In this document: one piece after another, positions 18,458 through 27,755 of the stretch | How the letters are laid out: each line of letters begins with the position of its first letter | Numbering within the stretch: the first letter of the stretch is position 1 | IMG/VR virus record: IMGVR_UViG_3300044724_004793 | Span: 32,001-96,000 of that record | Strand: one strand, 5' to 3' | Length of the DNA: 64,000 nt | DNA from: a virus | Translations under genes and position numbers: made by a program | The notes under the pieces: generated by a model | Databases searched by the model: none | The model's input: the letters and a program-made list of their open reading frames with translations, nothing else | What the model was told of the DNA's origin: nothing

Positions 18458-20012
18458 TTTAGAGGGTGTTTTAATAAAAAAAGCACACCAAAGCCAGAAG
18501 TTTACACCTGCCCAAGTACAAGAGTTTGCTAAATGTGCAAATCCTGTAACAGGTCCATATTACTTTATGAAAAACTTTTTTACCATACAACATCCTACAA
18601 AAGGACAGTTACTATATAAAGCATATGATTATCAAGAAAAACTGTTAGAAACATATCATACCCATCGATTTAACGTTAACATGTTGCCCAGACAAACTGG
18701 TAAGACAACCACAGCCGCTGGTTACTTGTTATGGAGAGCGATGTTTGTGCCAGATAGCATTGTCCTTATCGCTGCGCACAAGTATAGTGGCGCTCAAGAG
18801 ATTATGAGCCGTATACGTTATGCTTATGAGCTATGCCCTGATTATATACGTGCTGGCGTTACTAGTTATAATAAAGGCAGTATAGAGTTTGAAAACGGAT
18901 CACGACTCATAAGCCAAGCAACAACAGAAAACACAGGACGTGGGTTAAGTCTTAGTTTGCTATATTGTGACGAGTTTGCATTTGTGCGTCCTACTATTGC
19001 TAGAGAGTTTTGGACCAGTATTAGTCCTACACTGGCAACTGGTGGTGCAGCTATTATTACTAGTACACCTAACAGTGATGAAGACCAGTTTGCTGAGATA
19101 TGGAGACTTGCTAACAAGTGTTTTGATGTAAATGGCAATGAAACGGATGTAGGTATTAATGGATTTAAAGCATATCGTAGTTACTGGCAAGATCATCCTG
19201 ACAGAGATGAACAGTGGAAAAAAGAAGAACTAGGACGTATTGGTGAGGAGCGTTTTAGACGTGAACATGAATGTGAATTCATTATTAACGATGAAACACT
19301 TATCAATAGTTTAGTATTAGCCAGTATGCGAGGCGAAGATCCTATGTTTAACCAAGGCACAGTTCGCTGGTACAGAAAGCCTATGAGAGATAGACTATAT
19401 ATTGTAGCACTTGATCCTAGTTTGGGCACAGGCGGAGACCCTGCCGCAATACAGGTGTTTGAAGCACCTAGTATGACTCAAGTAGCTGAATGGTGTCATA
19501 ATAAAACGCCTATACCACAACAAATAAAAATACTTGTAGAAATGTGCAAGTACATACAAAGTGAAACACAGAGCGAGAATAGTGTGTATTACAGTGTAGA
19601 GAATAACACACTGGGAGAAGCAGCTCTTATTAGCATTGCTGATATAGGTGAAGAAAACATATCTGGTATCTTTCTTAGCGAAACCAAGTCACACGGCAAT
19701 GCTAGGCGTTTCCGTAAGGGATTTAACACCACACAGCGGTCTAAACTTAGTAGTTGTGCAAAGCTAAAAACACTAATAGAAACAGAAAGAATGACCGTTA
19801 ACAGCAAGATGTTAGTAAGTGAACTTAAAAATTTTATTGCTAATGGTACTAGTTATGCTGCAAAAATAGGTGAAACAGACGATCTAGTAATGAGTACAAT
19901 ACTTGCTCTGCGTATGGCCACACAGTTAAAGAACTACATACCAGAGCTAGAAAACCAAATAAGGGATAGTAATGACTTTACAAGAGACCCTATGCCTTTT
20001 GTTTTAATTTAA
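18447..20012 (+). CDS. gp17: terminase large subunit
   Basis: LPRQTGKTT Walker A, LYCDEFAFV Walker B, TSTPN, RFRREHECEF, nuclease ALDPSLG and TDDLVMS. Confidence 0.96.
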   Translation: MSRSLEGVLIKKAHQSQKFTPAQVQEFAKCANPVTGPYYFMKNFFTIQHPTKGQLLYKAYDYQEKLLETYHTHRFNVNMLPRQTGKTTTAAGYLLWRAMFVPDSIVLIAAHKYSGAQEIMSRIRYAYELCPDYIRAGVTSYNKGSIEFENGSRLISQATTENTGRGLSLSLLYCDEFAFVRPTIAREFWTSISPTLATGGAAIITSTPNSDEDQFAEIWRLANKCFDVNGNETDVGINGFKAYRSYWQDHPDRDEQWKKEELGRIGEERFRREHECEFIINDETLINSLVLASMRGEDPMFNQGTVRWYRKPMRDRLYIVALDPSLGTGGDPAAIQVFEAPSMTQVAEWCHNKTPIPQQIKILVEMCKYIQSETQSENSVYYSVENNTLGEAALISIADIGEENISGIFLSETKSHGNARRFRKGFNTTQRSKLSSCAKLKTLIETERMTVNSKMLVSELKNFIANGTSYAAKIGETDDLVMSTILALRMATQLKNYIPELENQIRDSNDFTRDPMPFVLI

Positions 20013-20022
20013 TAAATACAAT

Positions 20023-22299
20023 ATGAGTGCATTATCCAAAGATCTACACGAAAGACTACGTGGAAAATTTAATAGTCTAACAATGGGCAGAGATGACGGT
20101 GCTAAGACACTAGTGCCAGATGAATCAGTATTCTTTGAGTTCCAATTTACAGAAGGTGCAAATAACTACGGTAGTGTAGTTGTAAGTATCTTAGATGAAG
20201 GATCACTTAAAGTATATTTCAAAAGCGATATTATAGAGGAAGCAGACGCCAAAGGCAAAAGCAAATGGTATGATTTCCTAAAAGATCTTAGATTTTTTAG
20301 CTCACAAAATATGTTAAACTACGAAGCAAAAAATATTACAAAGTCGCGATTGGACAAAGCAGACTTTGATTTCTTAGTAGGACAAAGTAAAAGCAAGGAT
20401 GACATAGCCATGGAAAGCAAATTATACGGTAGCAGACAAAAGAGTTATCAGGACCTTAACGGTGCAAAACTTATTGTTCAGCACACTAAAACTGTAGACG
20501 AAGATAAAATGGGAAGTCGCAGCAGAAACATTAGCGCAATTTATATTGAAAACGCGATAGGCGAAAGATTGCGGTTTGAGAACAACTATCTACCAGGGGC
20601 TAGAGCAATGGCTCGCCACGTAAGTAACGGTGGATATCAAAACGATGAATACGGAGAGCACATTTCAGAGATCATGGCAGAAATGAGCGAACTAAAATCC
20701 TTTGTTCGAGGTGTCAAACGTAGTGACTACGTTACTGAAGATAGCCAAGAGATCATTGACCTTGCGACTGATCGTTACTATGGCTTAAAAAGTACACTAG
20801 AAGCAGTTAGTAAGCAAAAAGGATATGTAAATTATTTTGAGAACTACGAGCCAAGCGATATTGAAGTTGATGAGAACGATATTAGTGATTTAAAAACAAA
20901 ACTTACACGTGAAGTATTTGATGATAGATTAGAGAGTAGCCTAGGCGCAGTTAGCCGCGCAATCAAGATTAGAGAAAAAGAAGGTGATGTAGACTTTAAC
21001 ACATTTAATAAGTGGAAAAAAGAAGCACTGCGTAGAGGTTTCACAGTAGACGGTGATAACCTAGGCGCACAAGCAGTGGACCAATCAGGTGAACAGCAGG
21101 GCGGATGGGAAAAAGATCCACAATTTAGCGGTACTAGTTCAGAATGGGCTGGTTGGTTAGAAATTGAAGATGACGATACAATTGGTATTGGTGATTATCA
21201 GTTACCAGAAAAAGTTGATTTAATACCTGGCGGAAAATGGACATATCAGTCAATGGATATGCAGGACATGGGTAAGTCCGAACAAATAAATGCTATGCTT
21301 AGATTGACCCTAAGCGATATTGCAGACAGAGCAGTGGACAATGAAACACAAAACTTTGCTGCTAAGATGAGTGATTTAGTAGGATCAGAAGGTACACCAT
21401 TTGGTCTTAAAACAATTGATCCAGAAGAATATAAACGAGAAAAGGCCAAAGCAGTTAAACTTGTAAAAATGGCTATCACACAGCCTAAAGCAATTGAAGG
21501 TCCTAAAGAAGACGTAGAGTCTGCAACATATGATCCCATGCAAGAGTATGAGGATACACTGGAAGATATTGTTTTAGCAAAAGAAGCAAAGCCAGACTAC
21601 TTAGATTTTGACGGCGATGGCGACAAAGACGAGCCAATGAAAAAAGCACTCAAAGATAAAGAAAAGAAAGACGAGTCCATTGAAGTAGACCTTGACGAAG
21701 GGAAGATGAACAATGCGACGATGCAAGCAAACAGTCCAAGGATTGAAAAAGCAAAAAAACTTATGGGTCCATCTACAAATAGAAAAGAAGGCATACAGAT
21801 GGTTGCAAAAGGTATGCCCACTTCAGAAAAAGAGGCTACTAAACTGGTTGATACAGTTATAAAGATGACGATGCAGAAGAATGACTATGTCCCAGAAAAA
21901 GTTGACCTTGATGAAGAGCCTAACGAAGGCAATAAGTTTTCAGGAGAGCTAGATAAAGCTAAAAAAGATGGAAAAGATGAGTTTGAAGTAGACGGTAAAA
22001 AATATAAAGTCGAAGGTCGTATATCAGACGTACATCTAGAGATTACACAGATGATCGACGATGGCGAAAGCGACGAAGAGATCAGTAAAGTAACTGGATT
22101 TAGTGTAAGAGACGTAAAGGCAGTAAGAAAGCAGGTAAGCGATGAGCCCGCTGAATATGATGAAAGCATTGAATGGCTTAAAAAGGCAGCAGGCGTAGGG
22201 TCAACAGCAAATAGTAACTTTGGCATTAGAGAAGGCGAGCAAGGGTACCAGAAAAAACTCAGAGACGAAATAGGCAAATATCTAGAAAGTCTAAACTAA
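20023..22299 (+). CDS. large late protein: conserved N-terminal domain plus acidic modular C-terminal half
   Basis: 758 aa. The C-terminus has modules such as PDYLDFDGDGDKDEPM and EGNKFSGELDKAKKDGKDEFEVDGKKYKV separated by VDLDE motifs. Confidence 0.7.
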   Translation: MSALSKDLHERLRGKFNSLTMGRDDGAKTLVPDESVFFEFQFTEGANNYGSVVVSILDEGSLKVYFKSDIIEEADAKGKSKWYDFLKDLRFFSSQNMLNYEAKNITKSRLDKADFDFLVGQSKSKDDIAMESKLYGSRQKSYQDLNGAKLIVQHTKTVDEDKMGSRSRNISAIYIENAIGERLRFENNYLPGARAMARHVSNGGYQNDEYGEHISEIMAEMSELKSFVRGVKRSDYVTEDSQEIIDLATDRYYGLKSTLEAVSKQKGYVNYFENYEPSDIEVDENDISDLKTKLTREVFDDRLESSLGAVSRAIKIREKEGDVDFNTFNKWKKEALRRGFTVDGDNLGAQAVDQSGEQQGGWEKDPQFSGTSSEWAGWLEIEDDDTIGIGDYQLPEKVDLIPGGKWTYQSMDMQDMGKSEQINAMLRLTLSDIADRAVDNETQNFAAKMSDLVGSEGTPFGLKTIDPEEYKREKAKAVKLVKMAITQPKAIEGPKEDVESATYDPMQEYEDTLEDIVLAKEAKPDYLDFDGDGDKDEPMKKALKDKEKKDESIEVDLDEGKMNNATMQANSPRIEKAKKLMGPSTNRKEGIQMVAKGMPTSEKEATKLVDTVIKMTMQKNDYVPEKVDLDEEPNEGNKFSGELDKAKKDGKDEFEVDGKKYKVEGRISDVHLEITQMIDDGESDEEISKVTGFSVRDVKAVRKQVSDEPAEYDESIEWLKKAAGVGSTANSNFGIREGEQGYQKKLRDEIGKYLESLN

Positions 22300-22337
22300 T
22301 CAAGCCCCCTAGGGAGGGAACACCCCCCGCCCTAATA

Positions 22338-22378
22338 AAGAGGTCAGCATCGCCCCCGGCGCTGGCCCCTTTTTTTTA
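22338..22378 (+). terminator. GC-rich terminator hairpin (possibly bidirectional)
   Basis: AAAGAGGTCAGCATCG-CCCC-CGGCGCTGGCCCCTTTTTTTT. Confidence 0.7.
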
Positions 22379-22399
22379 TCAGAAAAATGCAATTTAATA

Positions 22400-22430
22400 C
22401 TTGACTGTATAAATACATACGTTATATACT
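22400..22430 (+). promoter_or_regulatory. nested sigma70-type and T4-late-type promoter for ssb
   Basis: TTGACT...TATACT with a perfect TATAAATA inside the spacer. Confidence 0.6.
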
Positions 22431-22519
22431 ATATGAATGTTAACAAGGTTGTTAATGATTATGGTATGTATCTTAGGCATACAACAGGCTAAACATAGGC
22501 AAAAAGGAGAACAGGCATT

Positions 22520-23512
22520 ATGGCATCTTTAGCAGAAATCCGTGCAAAACTAAAAGCACAAGAAACCCGTTCAGAGCGAACAGGTGGCGGCGGCGACAAC
22601 GCAATCTTCCCACATTGGAATATCCCAGAAGGTTCAACATCAGTATTACGTTTCCTTCCAGATCAAGACGAATCAAACACTTTCTTTTGGAAAGAACGTC
22701 TAATGATTCGTTTGCCCTTTGCAGGCGTAAAGGGCGACCACTCCAATCAAGTAACAGTTCAGGTCCCATGCGTAGAAATGTGGGACGATACTTGCCCAGT
22801 ACTGTCAGAAGTACGTGGCTGGTTTAAAGACCCAAGTCTTGAAGATATGGGTCGTAAGTATTGGAAGAAACGTTCATACATTTTCCAAGGCTTCGTAGTA
22901 GAAAATTCTCTAGTAGATGACAATCAGCCAGATAATCCAATCCGTAGGTTTGTTATTAGTCCCAGCATCTTTAACCTTATCAAGGATGCACTTATGGATC
23001 CTGATATTCAGGAACTTCCCACAGACTATGATGCAGGACTTGATTTCCGTGTTACAAAAACAACCAAGGGGCAGTACGCTGATTATTCTACTAGCAAGTG
23101 GGCTCGCAAGGAAACCGCACTAACAGAAGAACAACGTGCAGCAGTTGATAGTTTTGGATTACATAACTTGACCGACTTCCTGCCCAAGCGACCAAATGCT
23201 GCAGAGCTTGGTGCTATTAAGGAAATGTTTGAGGCGTCTGTAGATGGCCAACCATATGATGTTGAACGTTTTGGACAGTATTACCGTCCATATGGAGTTG
23301 ATGCTCCTGCAGGTTCCTCTACGTCTGACACACCTGCACCAGTGGCAACACCAGCGCCAACACCAGAAGTTGCTGATACACCAGCCAAATCTGCTCCAGT
23401 AGCAGAAGTGGCTCCAGAACCTGCTCCAGTAGCAGAAGCGCCAGCAGGCGATACTGGTGGCAAGAGTGCAGAAGACATTCTTGCAATGATCCGAAGCCGT
23501 CAAAAGGCCTAG
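22520..23512 (+). CDS. gp32: single-stranded DNA-binding protein (T4 gp32-like)
   Basis: VLRFLPD, PCVEMWDDTCPV, KYWKKRSY, GLDFRVTKT..GQYADYSTSKW. Lies upstream of uvsX. Confidence 0.88.
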   Translation: MASLAEIRAKLKAQETRSERTGGGGDNAIFPHWNIPEGSTSVLRFLPDQDESNTFFWKERLMIRLPFAGVKGDHSNQVTVQVPCVEMWDDTCPVLSEVRGWFKDPSLEDMGRKYWKKRSYIFQGFVVENSLVDDNQPDNPIRRFVISPSIFNLIKDALMDPDIQELPTDYDAGLDFRVTKTTKGQYADYSTSKWARKETALTEEQRAAVDSFGLHNLTDFLPKRPNAAELGAIKEMFEASVDGQPYDVERFGQYYRPYGVDAPAGSSTSDTPAPVATPAPTPEVADTPAKSAPVAEVAPEPAPVAEAPAGDTGGKSAEDILAMIRSRQKA

Positions 23513-23516
23513 GTAT

Positions 23517-23548
23517 AATGGGGAGGGTATTTGCCCTCCCCACATTTC
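23517..23548 (+). terminator. hairpin / terminator
   Basis: TGGGGAGGGTA-TT-TGCCCTCCCCA then CATTT. Confidence 0.65.
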
Positions 23549-23569
23549 TTAAAAAACTGGAGATATAAT

Positions 23570-24643
23570 ATGGCTAAACCCTTTGACGTAAGTAAATTTC
23601 GCAAGGACATAACCAAATCAATTGATGGATTAAGTGTAGGATTTCATGATCCAACTGACTGGATCAGCACAGGTAATCATGCACTCAACTATCTTATTAG
23701 TGGCGACTTTTATAAAGGTGTACCTATGGGTAAGGTAACTGTGTTTGCTGGAGAATCAGGCGCAGGCAAAAGTTACTTTGCTAGTGCAAACATCGTAAAG
23801 AATGCACAAGAGCAAGACATCTTTGTTGTGCTTATTGACACTGAAAACGCACTAGACGAAGCCTGGTTACATGCACTGGGCGTAGATACAGATGAAAGCA
23901 AACTACTTAAATTAAGCATGAGCATGATTGATGATGTTGCAAAAACTATCAGCACGTTTATGAAAGACTACAAAGGTATGACTGAAGAAGATCGTCCCAA
24001 AGTATTGTTTGTAATTGATAGTTTGGGCATGATGCTCACACCAACAGATGTTGATCAGTTTGACAGAGGCGATATGAAAGGTGATCTAGGACGCAAGCCT
24101 AAAGCACTTACAGCTCTAGTGCGTAACACAGTTAACATGATTGGCAGTTATAATGTTGGTATGGTGTGTACTAATCACACTTATGCAAGTCAAGACATGT
24201 TTGATCCAGACGACAAGATTAGTGGCGGACAAGGATTTATCTATGCATCAAGTATTGTAGTTGCCATGCGTAAACTTAAACTAAAAGAAGACCTGGATGG
24301 TAATAAGACATCTGAGGTTAACGGTATCCGTGCAGCATGTAAGGTTATGAAGACCAGATACGCAAAACCTTTTGAAGGTGTACAGGTAAAAATTCCATAT
24401 GAAACAGGTATGGATCCTTATAGTGGATTGCTTGATATGTTTGAGAAAAAAGGATTGCTTACTAAACAGGGCAATCGTCTCAAGTATACTACAGCCGCTG
24501 GTGAAGAAATGCTAGAGTTCCGCAAGGGCTGGACAGCAGATAAGTTAGAAGTTATCATGTCTGATATTTCAAATGGTTTGCTAAATAATTCCACGGAGGA
24601 GTCTTCCGAAGAAGAGCAAGAATCCGAAACTATAGAGGACTAA
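23570..24643 (+). CDS. uvsX: RecA-like recombinase UvsX
   Basis: ISTGNHALN, AGESGAGKS Walker A, LIDTENA, FVIDSLG, TNHTY, SGGQGFIYASS. Confidence 0.93.
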   Translation: MAKPFDVSKFRKDITKSIDGLSVGFHDPTDWISTGNHALNYLISGDFYKGVPMGKVTVFAGESGAGKSYFASANIVKNAQEQDIFVVLIDTENALDEAWLHALGVDTDESKLLKLSMSMIDDVAKTISTFMKDYKGMTEEDRPKVLFVIDSLGMMLTPTDVDQFDRGDMKGDLGRKPKALTALVRNTVNMIGSYNVGMVCTNHTYASQDMFDPDDKISGGQGFIYASSIVVAMRKLKLKEDLDGNKTSEVNGIRAACKVMKTRYAKPFEGVQVKIPYETGMDPYSGLLDMFEKKGLLTKQGNRLKYTTAAGEEMLEFRKGWTADKLEVIMSDISNGLLNNSTEESSEEEQESETIED

Positions 24644-24644
24644 T

Positions 24645-24872
24645 ATGGAAGAGGATGAAATTTTAGTAGAATCCTGGCTAATCCTAAAAGAATATATTAA
24701 AGATAAACAGCAGGCCGCTGACCACTGGATTGGTGTAATGATCGATAATGGCATTGATGAAGACCAGTTAACAGCACTTGCTGCTGGAGATCGTTATCTA
24801 AAAACAGCAATTGAATATAATGGCGGACTAGAAGAAGACCCTTACTTGGACGAGGACGAATACGATTTTTAA
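24645..24872 (+). CDS. small acidic hypothetical protein
   Basis: 75 aa ORF with GAGGA SD following uvsX. Confidence 0.7.
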   Translation: MEEDEILVESWLILKEYIKDKQQAADHWIGVMIDNGIDEDQLTALAAGDRYLKTAIEYNGGLEEDPYLDEDEYDF

Positions 24873-26114
24873 ATGTATTTCCCCTTAAAGCAAAAACCAG
24901 CATGCCAATTAAAGTGGACATGGAGCACTATTAGACTGTACGAAGGTTCTACTAGTAGCTGTCATCGTGTGGAAAAAGAGTTTATTACAGCAGACGATTT
25001 TGAAACGTTTCATAACACACCCCTAAAACTTGAAGACAGAACTAAAATGTTAGCAGGTGAATGGCCCGGGCGTGGTTGTGAATATTGTAAGCATATAGAA
25101 GATGCAGGCGGTACTAGTGATCGTATGCAACACTTATCTATTCCAGATCTTACTCCTGTAGAACTAGAAACAGATCTGTCAGCAATTGAAGTAACACCAA
25201 AAATTATAGAGGTATATTTTGATAATGTGTGTAACCTTAGTTGCTTGTATTGCTGGGACGGATTTAGTAGTAAGATACGTAGTGAGAATACCAAACACGG
25301 CAGATTTGAACAAAACGGTGTTGTAATTGACAATCGTGCACAGCTTGTTGATAATTTACCAGAGCTAACACAAAAGTTTTGGAAATATTTGGAAACACAC
25401 AGAAATGGTGTTAAACGTTTTCATTTCCTAGGTGGAGAACCATTTTATCAACGGCAGTTTGATTACGCACTAGAGTGGTTTGAAAAATATCCTTGTCCAC
25501 AACTAGAATTTAATATTGTAAGCAATTTAAATATCAAACACGAAAAATTTAAACATTATATTGCTAGTATTAAAGAGCTAGTAGACAACCAGTGTTTAGG
25601 TAGATTTGATTTAACTTGTAGTATAGACTGCCTGGGTGCAGAACAAGAGTATGTACGGTTTGGCTCAGACTTAGAACTAATAAAACAGAATTTTGAATAT
25701 GCTGTTAATGAGGATTGGATATATCTAAACTTTAATCAAACACTCTGCGGGCTAACAATGAAAACAAGTGCTGATCTTATCGATTATGTTAATACACTAC
25801 GCACAAAGAGACAAATCAATCATTATTTCAGTACAGTAGTAATGACTTACGAATTCCTCCATCCTAGAGTATTTGGGCAAGGATTTTTCGATACTGACTT
25901 TGAACAAATACTTGCAAACATGCCTAATGAAACAGATCAAGAAAAAACAGCAAAGCAATACATGTTAGGCATACAACAAGAGATTAACACACATGATATT
26001 AATAGAGAAGAGATAAAAAAACTTGGTGTATACTTAACTGAGTTAGACAGGCGCAGAAGCACTAACTGGCAGTCTACTTTTCCCTGGTTGACTAATCTAT
26101 TAGAAACTGTATAA
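24873..26114 (+). CDS. radical SAM protein with N-terminal twitch-like Cys cluster
   Basis: CNLSCLYC (CxxxCxxC), GGEPF, N-terminal C..KW...SCH...GCEYC. Confidence 0.85.
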   Translation: MYFPLKQKPACQLKWTWSTIRLYEGSTSSCHRVEKEFITADDFETFHNTPLKLEDRTKMLAGEWPGRGCEYCKHIEDAGGTSDRMQHLSIPDLTPVELETDLSAIEVTPKIIEVYFDNVCNLSCLYCWDGFSSKIRSENTKHGRFEQNGVVIDNRAQLVDNLPELTQKFWKYLETHRNGVKRFHFLGGEPFYQRQFDYALEWFEKYPCPQLEFNIVSNLNIKHEKFKHYIASIKELVDNQCLGRFDLTCSIDCLGAEQEYVRFGSDLELIKQNFEYAVNEDWIYLNFNQTLCGLTMKTSADLIDYVNTLRTKRQINHYFSTVVMTYEFLHPRVFGQGFFDTDFEQILANMPNETDQEKTAKQYMLGIQQEINTHDINREEIKKLGVYLTELDRRRSTNWQSTFPWLTNLLETV

Positions 26115-26115
26115 T
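26086..26115 (+). promoter_or_regulatory. sigma70-type promoter for uvsY, embedded in the radical SAM 3' end
   Basis: GGTTGAC-N17-TATAAT, 6 nt before the uvsY ATG. Confidence 0.7.
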
Positions 26116-26121
26116 AGTAAT

Positions 26122-26580
26122 ATGGCAAACTGGTATACTATAGTATCTAACGATTTAAGTAAGATTCCAGACTTTATAGAGCACTTTGAAAACGAACTAG
26201 AAAGTGCACGTAAAGAGGTAAGTGTTCATGGTCTTGTAGAAAAAAGTATTAAAGAACTTCCAGCAAGCACAGAGATACGATTCGGCCAACTACAAGAGAT
26301 CGAAGCAGTACTTAATCATCTTAATATACTATTACGTAAGATAAGACGTAAACATTTTACCAAATATTTAGAAAGTTATCAACGTGCACTGAGTTCACGT
26401 GATGCAGAAAAGTACGTAGATGGTGAAGATGAAGTTGTAGACTTTGAGACTATTATTAACGAAGTGGCACTGATACGTAACAAGTGGCTAGGTGTCATGA
26501 AGGGTTTGGAAAGTAAAAACTTTATGCTTGGCCATATTGTTAGATTGCGTACAGCAGGGATGGAAGATGTCCAAGTTTAG
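26122..26580 (+). CDS. uvsY: recombination mediator UvsY
   Basis: Coiled-coil protein with YLE.Y.RALSSRDAEKYVDGE and KGLESK.F.LG.IVRLR. Close to uvsX. Confidence 0.75.
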   Translation: MANWYTIVSNDLSKIPDFIEHFENELESARKEVSVHGLVEKSIKELPASTEIRFGQLQEIEAVLNHLNILLRKIRRKHFTKYLESYQRALSSRDAEKYVDGEDEVVDFETIINEVALIRNKWLGVMKGLESKNFMLGHIVRLRTAGMEDVQV

Positions 26581-27445
26581 TAATTTAACAGTAAGGTTAA
26601 GTAAGTCACAAAACTACTGCGAAACGTTGGATTTAACCTTTAAACTTGTTCCTAGTCTCTTTTTAGACAAGTGGATAGATAGATTTTTACACGCTCAACA
26701 AAGACAGGATCCAATTAGTGAGCCTTGGGCATTTTACAATCTTAATCAAGACTGGAATGAAGAGCGTGTAGTAGAGTTTATAAATGAAAAAATAGAATAC
26801 TGTAACAGTCGGGTCCCCAATATGTTTACCAAACAACTTACTAGCGTAAAGGACCAAGACTGTTTAAATTATATTCACAGTGTTTTTGAACTAGAGCATG
26901 GACAACTTGACAAGTGGCAAACTAACCCAAGAGTTGCAGATGCTAGTGTTAGAGATGCCCTTAGTCATATTAATCAAACAGTACACAGAGCAGAAAGTTT
27001 AGGACAAAATCCTCGTATAAGATGCGTTTGGTTTGATCTACCTAAGACAGAAAAATTTACCTCCCAGGACTACAAATTGTTTACAAACAAAGTAGATTTT
27101 GGAGGAGTTTATACATTATATGCAGATGTAGGGAAAAATGTAGAAAGTCTTTCTAGAGATAACGACGATCATCATCATGACTTTGTGCCCAACTTACATT
27201 ACAGTTCGGACTTTTTAATAACTTTTTATGATACAGACGGGGTAAAGCAAAAACAACTATATGATAATTATGTAAAGGCTAATACTAGTTACTTCACTAG
27301 CCTAGGATATGATGTTAATGATATAAGACTTACTACAGGACGTATTAAAATTGCCCAACTTGACTATAAAACAAAAGATGCTATACTAAAAAGTGTATCT
27401 GAATACAACAACATCCAGAGTGTAAACATCCATGGAATTATCTAA
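26567..27445 (+). CDS. hypothetical protein
   Basis: 292 aa ORF; LNYIHSVFE, INQTVHRAE, YADVGK motifs. Confidence 0.7.
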   Translation: MSKFSNLTVRLSKSQNYCETLDLTFKLVPSLFLDKWIDRFLHAQQRQDPISEPWAFYNLNQDWNEERVVEFINEKIEYCNSRVPNMFTKQLTSVKDQDCLNYIHSVFELEHGQLDKWQTNPRVADASVRDALSHINQTVHRAESLGQNPRIRCVWFDLPKTEKFTSQDYKLFTNKVDFGGVYTLYADVGKNVESLSRDNDDHHHDFVPNLHYSSDFLITFYDTDGVKQKQLYDNYVKANTSYFTSLGYDVNDIRLTTGRIKIAQLDYKTKDAILKSVSEYNNIQSVNIHGII

Positions 27446-27755
27446 ATACGATACTGTTTATAATTTGCTGTTAGAAGTAGAGCAAAATCGCGAAAAGTTT
27501 ACTAAAGAACAACAAAGTTTTTTAAAGGCAATGCGAGAAAAAGAGGTAAGCAAAGCTGGTTGGAAACGTTATAGAGATTGTCAGGCATTGTTTAGTACTG
27601 CGGACGAGTATCTAAATGAAGCACATATAGAAGCACTTACAGCAGTTAAACGGCCAACAATAAAAAGTATTAATAAGATAATCCATAACCTAGAATTGTT
27701 TGATCAAACTTGGCAGAACGCTAGGCAGTGGGCATTAATAGGAGTTCTTAGTTAA
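27432..27755 (+). CDS. hypothetical protein
   Basis: 107 aa helical ORF coupled to its neighbours. Confidence 0.7.
   Translation: MELSKYDTVYNLLLEVEQNREKFTKEQQSFLKAMREKEVSKAGWKRYRDCQALFSTADEYLNEAHIEALTAVKRPTIKSINKIIHNLELFDQTWQNARQWALIGVLS

Noticed and set aside
22303-22378. tRNA candidate in the GC-rich intergenic region
   Set aside because: No cloverleaf, T-loop (GTTC) or CCA end
23391-23438. 18-bp direct repeat CTGCTCCAGTAGCAGAAG in ssb
   Set aside because: Encodes a Pro/Ala-rich linker duplication; not a CRISPR or mobile element
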